A stretch of 64,000 nt of DNA, taken from contig CM059436.1 in the NCBI GenBank assembly GCA_030390025.1, positions 57,288,001 through 57,352,000 on the forward strand, written 5' to 3'. Position numbers and translations under genes: made by a program. The stretch is from Squalus acanthias (lineage: Eukaryota). Every line of letters begins with the position of its first letter. Position 1 is the first letter of the stretch. Of the stretch, positions 48,712-60,775 are shown in pieces. The notes beneath the pieces were generated by a model that was given only the letters and a program-made list of their open reading frames with translations, was not told the DNA's origin and made no database searches.

Positions 48712-49604
48712 GGGGTAGAAATTAGGTCGCGCCCCATTTGGGGCGCAAATATCGTCCGGACGCAAATATTAGCGCCTGGCGCTAATTATCGGCACTGACA
48801 GGAAACTTCACTTTTACCGCCCCGGGAGGTGAGTGGAGCGCTAAAGCAGGCGCTGCACACCTCTCTTAAGGCGCAAAGGGCGAGCAGTGAGGCGCTAACT
48901 CGGAGCGCTGGCGAAGCTCATGTAATGTCAGTCAGCAATGGAACACACACAAAATGGCACGGGCCAGTTCTTAAAGGGGATGGTTAATATTGCTTTCCAT
49001 CCACATCCTGTTCATTGCAGCCTTGAATCTCGGCCTGGAGAGACTTGCACATCAAATGTGCTGGAAAGTACAATGGAGAGTACCAGGCAAAGAGCTCAGA
49101 GTGCAGCTCCCACAGTCTCTGCTAAATCGATACAAGGAATGGCAAATCAAAATGAACCTGCAAAGTGCTGCTCAGTACCCAAAACTCCTTCACACAACGT
49201 TGAATCTCTCCAGAAGTCTCTCCCTCTCTCTCTCAGAATGCGTAGTTCAAAAATGCCACCAACAATAAAAGACAGGAAGAGGCCCCCTTTAAATAGCGCC
49301 CCCCCCAGCCCCACAGCGATTGATAGCGTTCCAGTCTTCTGGTCGTTGGAAGCGCCAGGCGGTAAGGCAGGGGGCGCCACTCAATTTCTGCTACGGGGCG
49401 CCACAAGGGCGTTGCACCATGGAATGACGTCACAATCTGCGCGCGCAGGTGGTCGCAGCGGTAAGTTTTAGCGCCGCCGCACAATCTCAAGTTAAGTTCT
49501 CGAGCGGCGCAAACATCGCTGCGCCCGGGCGTTAGCGGCTTTGCGCCCCATTAGCGCCCTCTTAAGGCGCTAACGGGAGGCGCAACCAAGTGAATTTTTA
49601 CCCC
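48712..49604. mobile_element. Non-autonomous PIF/Harbinger-type element (893 bp)
   Basis: TIR GGGGTAGAAATT / AATTTTTACCCC, 3-bp duplication TAT on both sides, CpG-rich subterminal GGCGC repeats. Confidence 0.85.
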
Positions 49605-49644
49605 TATATGTTTTACACGATCTTATAATACTATTTCTAATTCT

Positions 49645-52600
49645 TATTTTTTTTTAAATTTGTTTATGGGATGTGGACGTCACTAGCAAGGCCAGCATTT
49701 ATTGCCCATCCCTAATTGCCCTTGAGAAGGTGATGGTGAGCCTCCTTCTTGAACCGCTGCAGTCCGTGTGGTGAAGGTACTCCCACAGTGCTGTTAGGGA
49801 GGGAGTTCCAGGATTTTGTCCCAGCGATGATGAAGGATCGGCGATATACTTCTAAGTCAGGATGGTGTGTGACTTGGAGTGGAACTTGGAGGTGGTGGTG
49901 TTCCCATGCGCCTGCTGCCCTTGTCCTTCTAGGTGGAAGAGGTCGCGGGTTTGGGAGGTGCTGCTGAAGAAGCCTTGGCGAGTTGCTGCAGTGCATCTTG
50001 TAGATGGTACACACTGTAGCCACGGTACGCCGGTGGTGAAGGGAGTGAATGTTTAATGTGGTGGATGGGGTGCCAATCAAGCGGGCTGCTTTGTCCTGGA
50101 TGGTGTCGAGCTTCTTGAGTGTTGTTGGAGCTGCACTCATCCAGGCAAGTCATAGAGTCATAGCGGTACAGAAGGAGACCATTCGGCCCATCGAGTCCGT
50201 GCCAGCTCTCTGTAGAGCAATCCAGTCAGTCCCATTCCCCCGCTCTATCCCCGTAGCCCTGCAAGTTTATTTCCCTCAAGTGCCTATCCAGTCTCCCCTT
50301 GAAAAGATTAAGTGTCTCCGCTTCCACCACTTCCATCGGCAGCGAGTTCCAGGTCCTCACCACTCGCTGCGTAAAAAAGTTTTTCCTCACGTCCCCCCTG
50401 TATCTCTTGCCCAAAACCTTAAATCTGTGTCCCCCAGTCCTTGTACCATTAACTAGTGGGAACAGCCTTTCCTCGTCTAGCCTATCCAAACCCATCATAA
50501 TCTTGTGCACCTCTATCAAATCACCCTGCAACCTCCTTTGCTCTAATAAAAACAAATCCAGCTTCTCCAATCTGTCCTTGTAGCTAAGATCCCCCATCCC
50601 TAGAAACATTCTGGTAAATCTCCTCTGCACTCACTCAAGTGCCTTCACATCCTTCCTAAAGTGTGGTGGCCAGAACTGGACACAATACTCCAGTTGTGGC
50701 CTAACCAGCGCTTTATAAAGGTTCAGCATAACTTCTCTACTTTTGTACTCAATACCTCTATTTATGAAGCCCAAGATCCTATATGCTTTGCTAACCACTC
50801 TCGCAATATGTCCCGCCATCTTCAGGGACCTATGCACATTAACTCCCAGGTCCCTCTGTCCCTGCACACTCTTTAAAACTGCCATTACGTGTATATTGCC
50901 TCTCCCTGTTCCTTCTGCCAAAAGGCATTACCTCACACTTCCCTGTATTAAATTCCATCTGCCACTTGTCTGCCCATTCTGCTAGCCTTTCTATGTCCTG
51001 TTGCAGTCGATTGGTATCATCCTCACTGTTTGCCACACCCCCAAGTTTGGTGTCATCGGCAAATTTAGAAATTCTACTCTGTATTCCAATATCCAGGTCA
51101 TTTATATATATCAAAAAAAGCAGTGGCCCCAGCACTGACCCTTGGGAAACACTACTGTCTACCATCCTCCAGTCTGAAAAACAGCCATTTACCACAACTC
51201 ATTGTTTTCTGTCCTTAAGCCAATCCATTATCCAAGCTGCCACTGACCCACCTATTCCATGAGCCTCAATTTTGTTAACCAGCCTTCTATGTGGTACTTT
51301 GTCAAACGCCTTCCTAAAATCCATGTAGACAACATCCATTGCATTCCCTTCATCAATCCTCCCTGTTACTTCATCAAAAAATTCAATTAGATTAGTCAAA
51401 CACAATCTGCCTTTTACAAATCCATGTTAGCTCTCCTTAATTAGCTTAAACCTCTCCAAGTGCCCGTTAATTTTTTCCTTGATTATTGTTTCTAAAGCTT
51501 TACCCACCATTGATGTCAAACTGACCGGCCTGTAGTTACTGGGATTGTCCTTACACCCTTTCTTGAACAATGGTGTCACTTTTGCCACTTTCCAATCCTT
51601 AGGCATTTCCACCGCATCTAGGGAAGATTAGAAAATGATGGCAAGCCCTTCCGCTATCTCCTCCCCCAATTCCCTTAGCAAACTGGGATGCAAGCCATCT
51701 GGACCAGGCGACTTATCCACTCTAAGCATACCCAGCCTTTCTAGTACATCCTGTCTATCAATTTTCACCCCTTCCATTGCTTCTACCTTTTCCACTTCTA
51801 CCAATATTTTGTCAGCATCCACCTCCTTAGTAAACACCGATACAAAGTACTCATTGAGTATTCTAGCCTTGCCCTGCGCCTCTAAGCATATATCACCTTC
51901 TTTGTCCCTAATAGGCCCCACCCCGCCTCTTACTACCCGCTTACTGTTTACATGTCGGTTGAAGATTTTTGGGTTCCCTTTTATGTTAACCGCCATTCTA
52001 CTCTCATATTCTCTCTTTGCCAATCTTATTTTCATCTTCACTTTCCCTCTCAACTTATTGTATTTGGTCTGGTTCTCCCTCTAAGATTTCACCTGACGTT
52101 CATCATACACCCTCTTTTTTTGTTTCATCATCTTCTCTATCTCCCTCATCATCTTTGGTTCCCTTACCCTTCCCTCTTGTTGGAATGTACCTAGCCTGTA
52201 CTTGGAACATCTTCTCCTTAAAGATCACCCATTGTTCCATTACAGTTTTTCCTGTCAGTCTTTGGTTCCATTTTACTCTGGCTAGATCCTTTCGCATCCC
52301 ATTGAAGTTAGCCCTATTCCAGTTTAGAAGTTCCACTTTAGATTGTTCCTTGCTCCTTTCCATTGCTAATCTAAATCTTATGATATGATGATCACTCATA
52401 CCCAGTGGAGAGTATTCCATCACACTCCTTATGTGTGCCTTGTAGATGGTGGAAAGGCTTTGGGGAGTCAGGAGGTGAGACACTAGCCACAGAATACCTA
52501 GCCTCTGACCAGCTCCTGTTGCCACAGTATTTATGTGGCTGGTCCAGTTAAGTTTCTGGTCAATGGTGACCCCCCAGGATGTTGATGGTGGGGGATTCGG

Positions 52601-52805
52601 TGATGGTAATGCCGTTAAATGTCAAGGGGCGGTGGTTAGACTCTCGCTTATTGGAGTTAGTCATTGCCTGGCACTTCTGTGGCACGAATGTTACCTGCCA
52701 CTTATCAGCCCAAGCCCGAACATTGTCCAGGTCTTGTTGCATGCGGGCATGGACAGCTTCATTATCTGAGGAGTTGTGAATGGCACTGAACACTGTGCAG
52801 TTATT
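49645..52805 (-). mobile_element. CR1-clade second-family LINE (49645-50150 and 52403-52805) split by a CR1 insertion
   Basis: The sequence ...GCACTCATCCAGGCAAGT resumes as AGTGGAGAGTATTCC at 52403, contiguous in the other copies. Confidence 0.88.
50151..52400 (-). mobile_element. CR1 LINE, 5'-truncated ORF2 with stops and frameshifts
   Basis: SDHH..; KSPGPDGLHP; NYRPVSLTS; YMDFRKAFDKVPH; QGSVLGPLLFLIYINDL..KFADDTKLGG; LVRPQLEYCVQFW; FFTQRVVRTWNSLP; CATAGAGT tail. Confidence 0.95.
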
Positions 52806-53999
52806 ATATAACAAGCACCAAAAGCAGGGGAAGTGCAAATTAATTTATTTATGTAATTTGCAGCACCAATTTATTTATTTATGTAACTGTGTACATGAGG
52901 GGAACAAATTTTCATTTACTATTCATAATTAAATTAAATTAAAATAAATTAAATTAAAATTTAAAAACTTCTGAGCCACACACAATCCATTGAGTGAGGA
53001 GAACACTATTTATTTAGTCAGGCTTTTTTTCTCTCCATGAGCAACACCACAGAGATCCACTAGTAATTTAAAGTCATGATTGTGAACTACTGACAATTGT
53101 ATTTCCAATTCACTGCATACAGAGGTTGTTGTTTGCATTTGTCAAGTTGTTTCTTTAAAATTGACAAAGTGAATGGACTTTTAACTTTTAGTCAAATATA
53201 TTTTATGTATTATTAAATTTTTCTACTTTTTGTCGATGATTTTTTTCCCCGTTATTCGCTTTTGTTTTGTGTCCTCTTTTCCTGGCTATGATAGTTTTCC
53301 GATCACAGTTCCAACTTGGCAGAGTACGCTGAGTTGTGCTTCTTGAACAGCTCCTGGAATCATCGATTATATGTGTCTGTTTTATATTCTGTGGGTCCTG
53401 CTTTCACTTATGTATCAACATATACATATTTTGGAAGTTACCAAAAAAATAATCAGCAGCGTCATCGTTAGTCTGCCATCAGAAGAAGTGTATGCTACTG
53501 TGAGATCTGTGCTGTAAGATTAGAGGGTGAAATTTGAGGGATTTCAATCTCTGAGAAAATAACATCTTCAGTAACTCTCGAAAAAGCCAACTGGAGTGTA
53601 CAGAATGCTGAGAACACATGTAAAGAGAAAGAAAGGCTGATGGTTACAATGTTGCCTGTAATACTTTGCTGCTAGACTAAGTTAGACTGGGTGATGCTTC
53701 TTGTAAGATTTTGACATAAACATCCTTGCCATATACAAAAAAGACCCACATTCTATCCTTATTATCTTATTTTTATTTGTTATTCACTATTTCATTGTAA
53801 AGGAGACACTCAATCTAACAAAATGATGTGTTGAGGATTGCCACAGATTTAAAAGGTGAAGTCCCAGCAGTTAAGCAATCTAAAAGCAGATATCCTACAG
53901 ATGAGGCCTCCAGATTCCACAGGAATTCCTAGCCAAGTGCAATTTGCTGCACACAGGGTCAGTTCTCCAACATGACTAAGCCAGGTCAGTGCTTTCTGA

Positions 54000-54065
54000 A
54001 ACAGTTCTAGCTCTGGGGTGTCCTGAGGATGTGAAAGGCACTATATAGATGCGACTTCTTTCTTG
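54000..54065 (+). mobile_element. DeuSINE/L2-type tail remnant
   Basis: GTCCTGAGGATGTGAAAGGCACTATATAGATGCGACTTCTTTCTT. Confidence 0.6.
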
Positions 54066-55187
54066 CTTGAGAACAGAATCTGTTTGATTAAGTGACAGAG
54101 TTTTAAAGAGAATGCTTTGTACTACTGACTTTTTGAGGAATCTATGCAATCTGTAAAATAATCTAGAATGTAGCATCTGGGACATATAATTGAAACTTGA
54201 CATCTGACTGACCAAAGATGGGGATTTGAGTTATCAACTTCCCACACCTGGGTTTTTGGCTCTTTATAATGTCCCCCACTGATATGACTGGACTATAACC
54301 AACATTCAATTATGGCATGTGTGCAAGGCAAAGCATTAGATCACAAGATGCCAAAGAGCAGCAAGAGGTGTCTTCAGTTTACAAAGCTGATTTTCCGACT
54401 CACAGCGAAGAAAAAAGTAATAACACGCGGTGTTTAACCTTTAAACTGCCTTTTAAACATACACACTGTTAAACTGTGTTTCATAAAGTTCTAGAAATGT
54501 GCACAGAATATCTAATCACAAACAAACAGAAACATCTGCAATATCAGTCATTTTTGCAGTTACCGCCTTCATTGTTATTTTTGCACCACTAGAGGGGGCA
54601 TGGTGACATTGTAAAGGGCTAAAAGTGTTTACATCCACACCTGTGGATAACTCCACTGTTGCAGCTATTGAAACAAGTAGTCTCAGGAATGAGCAATTTC
54701 AGAAATCTTATCATCTAATTGCGAGCATCAGTTGAGTTGCATTTCAATCCACCAATTGGTGTACTTGCATTAAAATGCAGTAAAAAATATTGTTTCTCAA
54801 ATGCATTACTGATTCCATGACATACTTTAAAGGTGGCAAAATGAATACTAAAAACGACAATTGCCATGAGGCTTTTTCTCTTGCTGCATCTACAATTAAA
54901 TCAGTTACAGGATATGGTACATATTTTTAAATCACAGAATTTCCAGAATTCATCTACAAGACTTTATTTTGAATATCACTTATCAACACATATAGTGCAA
55001 TGTGCTCTATACGGTTTTGCCAGTCTGTGCCACATATTGAATATTTAACACTGTTAAAACATAATCTAGGAGATGAAAGACAAACAAAGTTGACTTAAGA
55101 TGAGCCAATGTAAAGCAATAGTGAGAAAGCTTGGGGAAAGTAACAGTAGTCAGAGGGAGGCTGTGTATTAGTTACTGTCTTCTTGCA

Positions 55188-55516
55188 ATAGAAACATAGA
55201 AACATAGAAACTAGGAGCAGGAGTAGGCCATTCGGCCCGTCGAGCCTGCTCCACCATTCAATACGATCATGGCTGATCATCCAAATCCAGTACCCTGTCC
55301 CTGCTTTCTCACACAGAATCCCCATCGAGCCTGCACCGACACATATCCCACCCTATCCCCGTAACCCCACGTATTTAATTCCCCCTAACATATCCCTTCC
55401 TATCCTATCCCCGTAACCCCACATATTTAATCCCCCCTAACACTAAGGGTCAATTTATCATAGCCAAATCAACCTAACCCGCACATTTTTGGACTGTGGG
55501 AGGAAACCGGAGCACT
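55188..55516 (-). mobile_element. CR1 3' end (55188-55310) abutting an HE1-like V-SINE fragment (55311-55516) with a short internal duplication
   Basis: (CATAGAAA)n tail plus GGCCATTCGGCCC; the SINE part is the reverse complement of 36470-36610, with CCTATCCCCGTAACCCCAC..ATTTAAT.CCCCCTAACA twice. Confidence 0.85.
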
Positions 55517-55776
55517 TGTAATCAGGCCAACCAGGCAAGAATATAATCCTGTTTAAAGCATATATTAAATTCTGCTTATGGACAACTGTCTTCAGAATTT
55601 TCTACTGCCTTAATATACCCGCATAAATTATAAGACTATTGAATAATGCTGTGTAATAAGGCTATTTAATTTTTCTCCTATAACATTGTATTGTGTTCTG
55701 TTTTGTTTAACATAACTTGTTATAACATACCAAAGCTATGACCTAAGGGCTAAGTTGTAATGAAGGTAGAGTGTAT

Positions 55777-56581
55777 GGGGGCGACCTTGTGACTGGGGGC
55801 GCATTGGTGGCGGGACTGCTGCTTGTCGGGTCAATGTCCCGCCTCCATCGATTTGTGGCCAACCCACGCTATTTTCCCTTGATTGACCTTGTTAAGCCCG
55901 CCCAGTGGGCTTAGCAGGCCAATCAAGGGAAAGCCGGTTGCAGAGCACGTCAACGTATGACGTTTCATCTGTCAAAAATTTTTGTCAGATAAATTGTCAT
56001 CGTTTGACAGCTCTGTGAAGCTGTCAAACAGTGACATTCTCTACAGTTTGAAGACCCCATCAAACTTCTTTCTTTAACAGAATTGAGATGGTTGTTGCAT
56101 CTGTGAATGCAACAACCACCTGTCAATCCCAACACGGAGGTGCGAGACTCTCCGCATAGAAACCGACTGAAGCCTGCAGGAAGAAACAAAGGTAAGTACA
56201 CTTTTAAAAACACTTTGCACTTACCTCAGATACTCACCTCTACACTCTTGCACCCATCACTTACCTTCATACCACACTTTTGCACCCCCCCGACCCCCGC
56301 AAACCCAGTACTCGCCTCGCTGAGCTGCGGGTTTTGGAGCCTTCGGGAAGCCCGCACTTGTGTGGGCATAAAGGGGATAATCCTATTTTCCGCCTGTTAA
56401 CTACCTGTTAACAGGCAGTTAATAGGTTTTAATTCCTTCTCGCCTCCAAGGAGACGGGACCTGGCGCGGGACGGCTACCCACCTCCTGGGAAGATGGCAT
56501 GGAAGCGGGTTGGGCACCCGCTCCCAAATTCTGCCATTTTCCCGGCAGTCCCGCCTCCCCAGGGCTGGCAAAATCGCCCCC
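55777..56581. mobile_element. Non-autonomous PIF/Harbinger-type element (~805 bp)
   Basis: Ends GGGGGCGACCTTG / CAAAATCGCCCCC, flanks TAT / TAA, GC-rich arms with GGCGGGACTG / CAGTCCCGCC inverted subterminal match. Confidence 0.7.
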
Positions 56582-57962
56582 TAAGATTTAAAAAATATGA
56601 CCATATTGTGCACTGTGAGAAATACCCCAGTAACAATGTCATAAGACATAACATAAGAATATAAGATGTAGGAGCTGGATTAGGTCATTTGGCCCCTCGA
56701 GCCTGCTCCGCCATTCAGTAAGATCATGGCTGATCTGATCTTGGCCTCAACTCCACTTCCTTGCCCACTCCCCATATCCCTTGACTCCCTTACCATTCAA
56801 AAATCTGTCTATCTCCACCTTAAATATATTCAATGACCCAGCCTCCACAGCTCTCTGGGGAAGAGAATTCCAAAGATTCACGACCCTCTGAGAGAAGAAA
56901 TTCCTCCTCATTTCCGATTTAAATGGGTGCCCCCTTATTCTGAAATTATGCCCCCTAGTTCTAGATTTCCCCACGAGGGGAAACATCCTCTCTGCATCTA
57001 CCTTGTCAAGCCCCTTCAGAATCTTATATGTTTCAATAAGATCCCCTTTCATTCTTCTAAACTCCAATGAGCATAGGCCTAACCTGCTCAACCTTTCTTC
57101 ATAAGACAACCCCTTCATCCCTGGAATCAACCTCGTGAATCTTCTCTGAACTGCCTCCAATACAAGTATATCCTTCCTTAAATGAGGAGACCAAAACTGT
57201 ACGCAGTACTCCAGGTGTGGTCTCACCAACGCCCTGTACAGTTGTAACAGGACTTTTATACTCCATTCCCTTTGCAATAAAGGCCAACATTCCATTTGCC
57301 TTTTTGATTACTTGCTGTACCTGCATGCTAACTTTTTGTGATTCATGTACAAGGACCCCCAGATCCTTCTGTACCTCAGCATTTTGTAATCTCTCCCCAC
57401 TTAAATAATAATTTGCTTTTTTATTTTTCCTACCAAAGTGGATAACCTCGCATTTTCCCACATTATACTCCATCTGCCAGATTTTTGCCCACTCACTTAA
57501 CCTATCTATATCCCTTTGGAGATTCTTTGCGTCCTCCACACAATTTGCTTTCCCACCTATCTTTGTATCATCAGCAAATTTGGCTACATTACACTCGGTC
57601 CCTTCATCCAAGTCATTAATATAGATTGCAAATAGTTGAGGCCCCAGCACTGATTCCTGCAGCACCCCACTAGTTACAGTTTGCCAACCTGAAAATGACC
57701 CATTTATCCCAACTCTCTGTTTTCTGTTAGTTAGCCAATCCTCGATCCATGCTAATATACTACCCCCAACCCCGTGAGCTCTTATCTTGTGCAGTAACCT
57801 TTTATGTGGCACCTTATCGAATGCCTTCTGGAAATCCAAATACACGACATCTACTGGTTCCCCTTTATCCACCCTGCTCGTTACATCCTCAAAGAACTCC
57901 AGCAAATTTGTCAAACAAGATTTCCCTTTCATTAAACCATGCTGACTCTGCTTGACTATAAT

Positions 57963-58727
57963 GGGCCAGAAATTCGGCTGTTGTCGGGTAAGTACGCGCT
58001 GTGTACTCACCCGTAAGGCCACCTGAAGTGCCGGTTTCCTGCATGCACTGCGCATGCGCGGGAAACCGGAACTTCCGTTCCCCTGAAGGGAGGGGTTCAG
58101 AAGTCGAACGCGTGCGCGGGAGAGGCTGCGCGCACGCAGCAAACTTCAGGTTTTTTTTCAGGTTTCTCCAGGAGGGTAAGTATGGAAAAGCTGCACTTTT
58201 AAAAAGGAGGCGCAAGGCCTGTTTTTAACAAGGTAAGTGGTTAATTAATTACAATTTAAACATTTTTTCAACAGGTTTATCTTTTTTAGATACTTTAAAG
58301 AAAGGTAAGTTTATTTTTAGCACTGTTAAAAAGTATAATTAATTTTTTCAAAAATTTAAATTTTTATTTAAAGTAGTTAATTTATGTAACTTATAGTTAT
58401 TTAAAAAATGTGATGTTTTTAAAAAAAATTATTTGAAGTTTAACTGTGGTTTTGGGGCCGATCTCTATTCATAGATTTGACAGGTCTTCCTGTCAAATCT
58501 ATGAATGAAAATGCCCTGCTAGGATTGGCTCTCCATGGCCCACGTGATCCCAGGGGACGCTTCGAACTAACTGCGCCCCTGGGATACGCAAGCACTGCGC
58601 GCCGGCAGCTGCAGGAGGCCCAGGACCCGAAGTCCTCGTGGGCCCAAAGCACAACTGCAGGCGCGGTAGGCAAGTATGCGCGCGATGCTTGCACCCGCAG
58701 GAAGCCGGAAAACCGAATTTCTGGCCC
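57963..58727. mobile_element. Non-autonomous PIF/Harbinger-type element (765 bp) inserted in CR1 RT
   Basis: Perfect 15-bp TIR GGGCCAGAAATTCGG / CCGAATTTCTGGCCC, flanks AAT / ATT. Removing it rejoins CR1 ...GYLENHN|IVKQSQHG.... Confidence 0.9.
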
Positions 58728-59556
58728 ATTATGATTTTCTAAATATCCTGCTACCACTTCCTTAATGATGGACTCCAGCATTTTCCCAATGACAGATGTT
58801 AGGCTAACTGGTCTATATTTGCCTGCTTTCTGTCTCCCTCCTTTCTTAAATAGGGGCGTTACATTTGCGGTTTTCCAGTCCGCTGGGACCTTTCCAGAAT
58901 CCAGGGAACTTTGGTAGAGTACAACCAATGCATCCACTATCTCTGCAGCCACCTCTTTTAAGACCCTAGGATGCAGGCCATCAGGCCAGGGGACTTGTCC
59001 ACCTTTAGTCCCATTAGATTGCCTAGTACTTTTTCTCTAGTGATAGTGATTGTTTTAAGTTCCCCCCCCCCACCCCAATAGCCCCTTGATTATCCATTAT
59101 TGGGATGCTTTTAGTGTCTTCTACCATGAAAACCGATACAAAATATTTGTTTAAAGTCTCCACCATTTCCCTGTTTCCCATTATTAATTCCCCAGACTCA
59201 TCCTCTAGGGGACCAATGTTTACTTTAGCTTCTCTCTTCCTTTTTATACCTGTAGAAGCTCTTACTATCTGCTTTTATATTTCTTGCTCGCTTACTCCCA
59301 TAAGCTATCTTCTCTCGATCATTTGTTTAGTCGTCCTTTGCATGTTTTTAAAAATTTCCCAATCCTCTGGCCTTCCACTATTGTTCGCAACATTGTATGC
59401 CTTTGTTTTCAATTTGATACCATCCTTTACTTCCTTAGTTAGCCACAGATGGTTCATCTTTCTCTTAGAGTCTTTCTTTCTCACAGGACTATATCTTTGC
59501 TGAGAGTTACGAAGTATCTCCTTAAATGTTTGCCACTGCTTTTCTACAGTATTACC

Positions 59557-60775
59557 GGTGAAGACCATGTCTATTGTGCCCCTTAGTGGGCTGTGTCATC
59601 GCACCAACGCTCTTCTCGATCTTCCTTGCTGCAATGCTCCATCTCACCCTCAGTAAGCTGCCCGCTGGAGTGGAGCTAATTTACAGAACACACGGGAAAC
59701 TGTTCAACCTCCGTCACCTCCAGTCCAGATCCAAGGTCGTCCCATCCTCTGTCGTCGAATTACAGTATGCAGACGACACTTGCGTCTGCACTCACTCGGA
59801 GGTCGAACTCCAAACCATCGTCAACACCTTCACCGAAGCGTACGAGACAATGGGCCTTACACTAAACATCCGTAAGACAAAGATCCTCTACCAACCTGCC
59901 CCCGCCACACAGTACTGCCCCCCGATTATCAAAATCCATGACAAGGCCTTGGACAACGTGGACCACTTTCCATACCTCGGGAGCCTACTGTCAACAAGGG
60001 CAGACGTCGATGACGAAGTCCAACACCGCCTTCAGTGTGCCAGTGCAGCCTTCGGTCGCCTGAGGAAAAGAGTGTTTGAAGACCAGGACCTCAAACCCGG
60101 CACTAAGCTCATGGTCTACAGAGCAGCAGTGATACCCGCCCTGCTGTATGCCTCAGAGACATGGACCATGTACAGCAGGCACCTGAAAGCACTGGACAGG
60201 TACCACCAACGCTGCCTCCGCAAGATCCTGCAAATCCATTGGCAGGATAGGCGCACCAACGTCAGTGTTCTTGCTCAGGCCAACATCCCCAGCATCGAAG
60301 CTTTGACCACACTCGATCAGCTCCGATGGACGGGTCACATTATCCGCATGCCCGATACGAGACTCCCAAAACAAGCGCTCTACTCGGAGCTCCGGCACGG
60401 CAAGAGAGCCCCAGGTGGGCAGAGGAAATGCTTCAAGGACACCCTCAAAGCCTCCTTAAAAAAGTGTAACATCCCCACCGACGCCTGGGAATCCCTGGCC
60501 CAAGACCGCACAAAGTGGAGGAGAAACATCCGGGAAGGCGCCGAACACCTCGAGTCTCTTCACCGGGAGCAAGCGGAAGCCAAGCGCAGGCAGCGCAAGG
60601 AGCGCACGTCAACCCAAGCACCCCACCCACCTGCCCCTTCAACCACCATCTGCCCCACCTGTGACAGAGACTGTAGGTCCCGCATTGGACTCATCAGTCA
60701 CCTGCGAACTCATTTTTAATGTGGAAGCAAGTCATCCTCGGTTCCGAGGGACTGCCTAAGAAAAAAGAAGAGAAG
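59557..60775 (+). mobile_element. RTE-clade LINE, 5'-truncated, with uninterrupted RT/C-terminal frame
   Basis: GCVIAPTLF..LQYADD..YLGS..LLYASETW..HQRCLRKILQIHWQD..RWTGHIIRMPDTRLPK..CPTCDRDCRSRIGLISHLRTH; (GAA)-rich tail; 11-bp TSD ACAGTATTACC (59546-59556, 60776-60786). Confidence 0.95.

Noticed and set aside
48938-49471. 177-aa ORF inside the Harbinger-type element
   Set aside because: No transposase or Myb motif recognised; treated as a chance ORF.
57099-58142. 347-aa ORF with a novel N-terminus fused to RT
   Set aside because: Chance read-through from the inserted Harbinger MITE into the CR1 RT; the frame breaks downstream.
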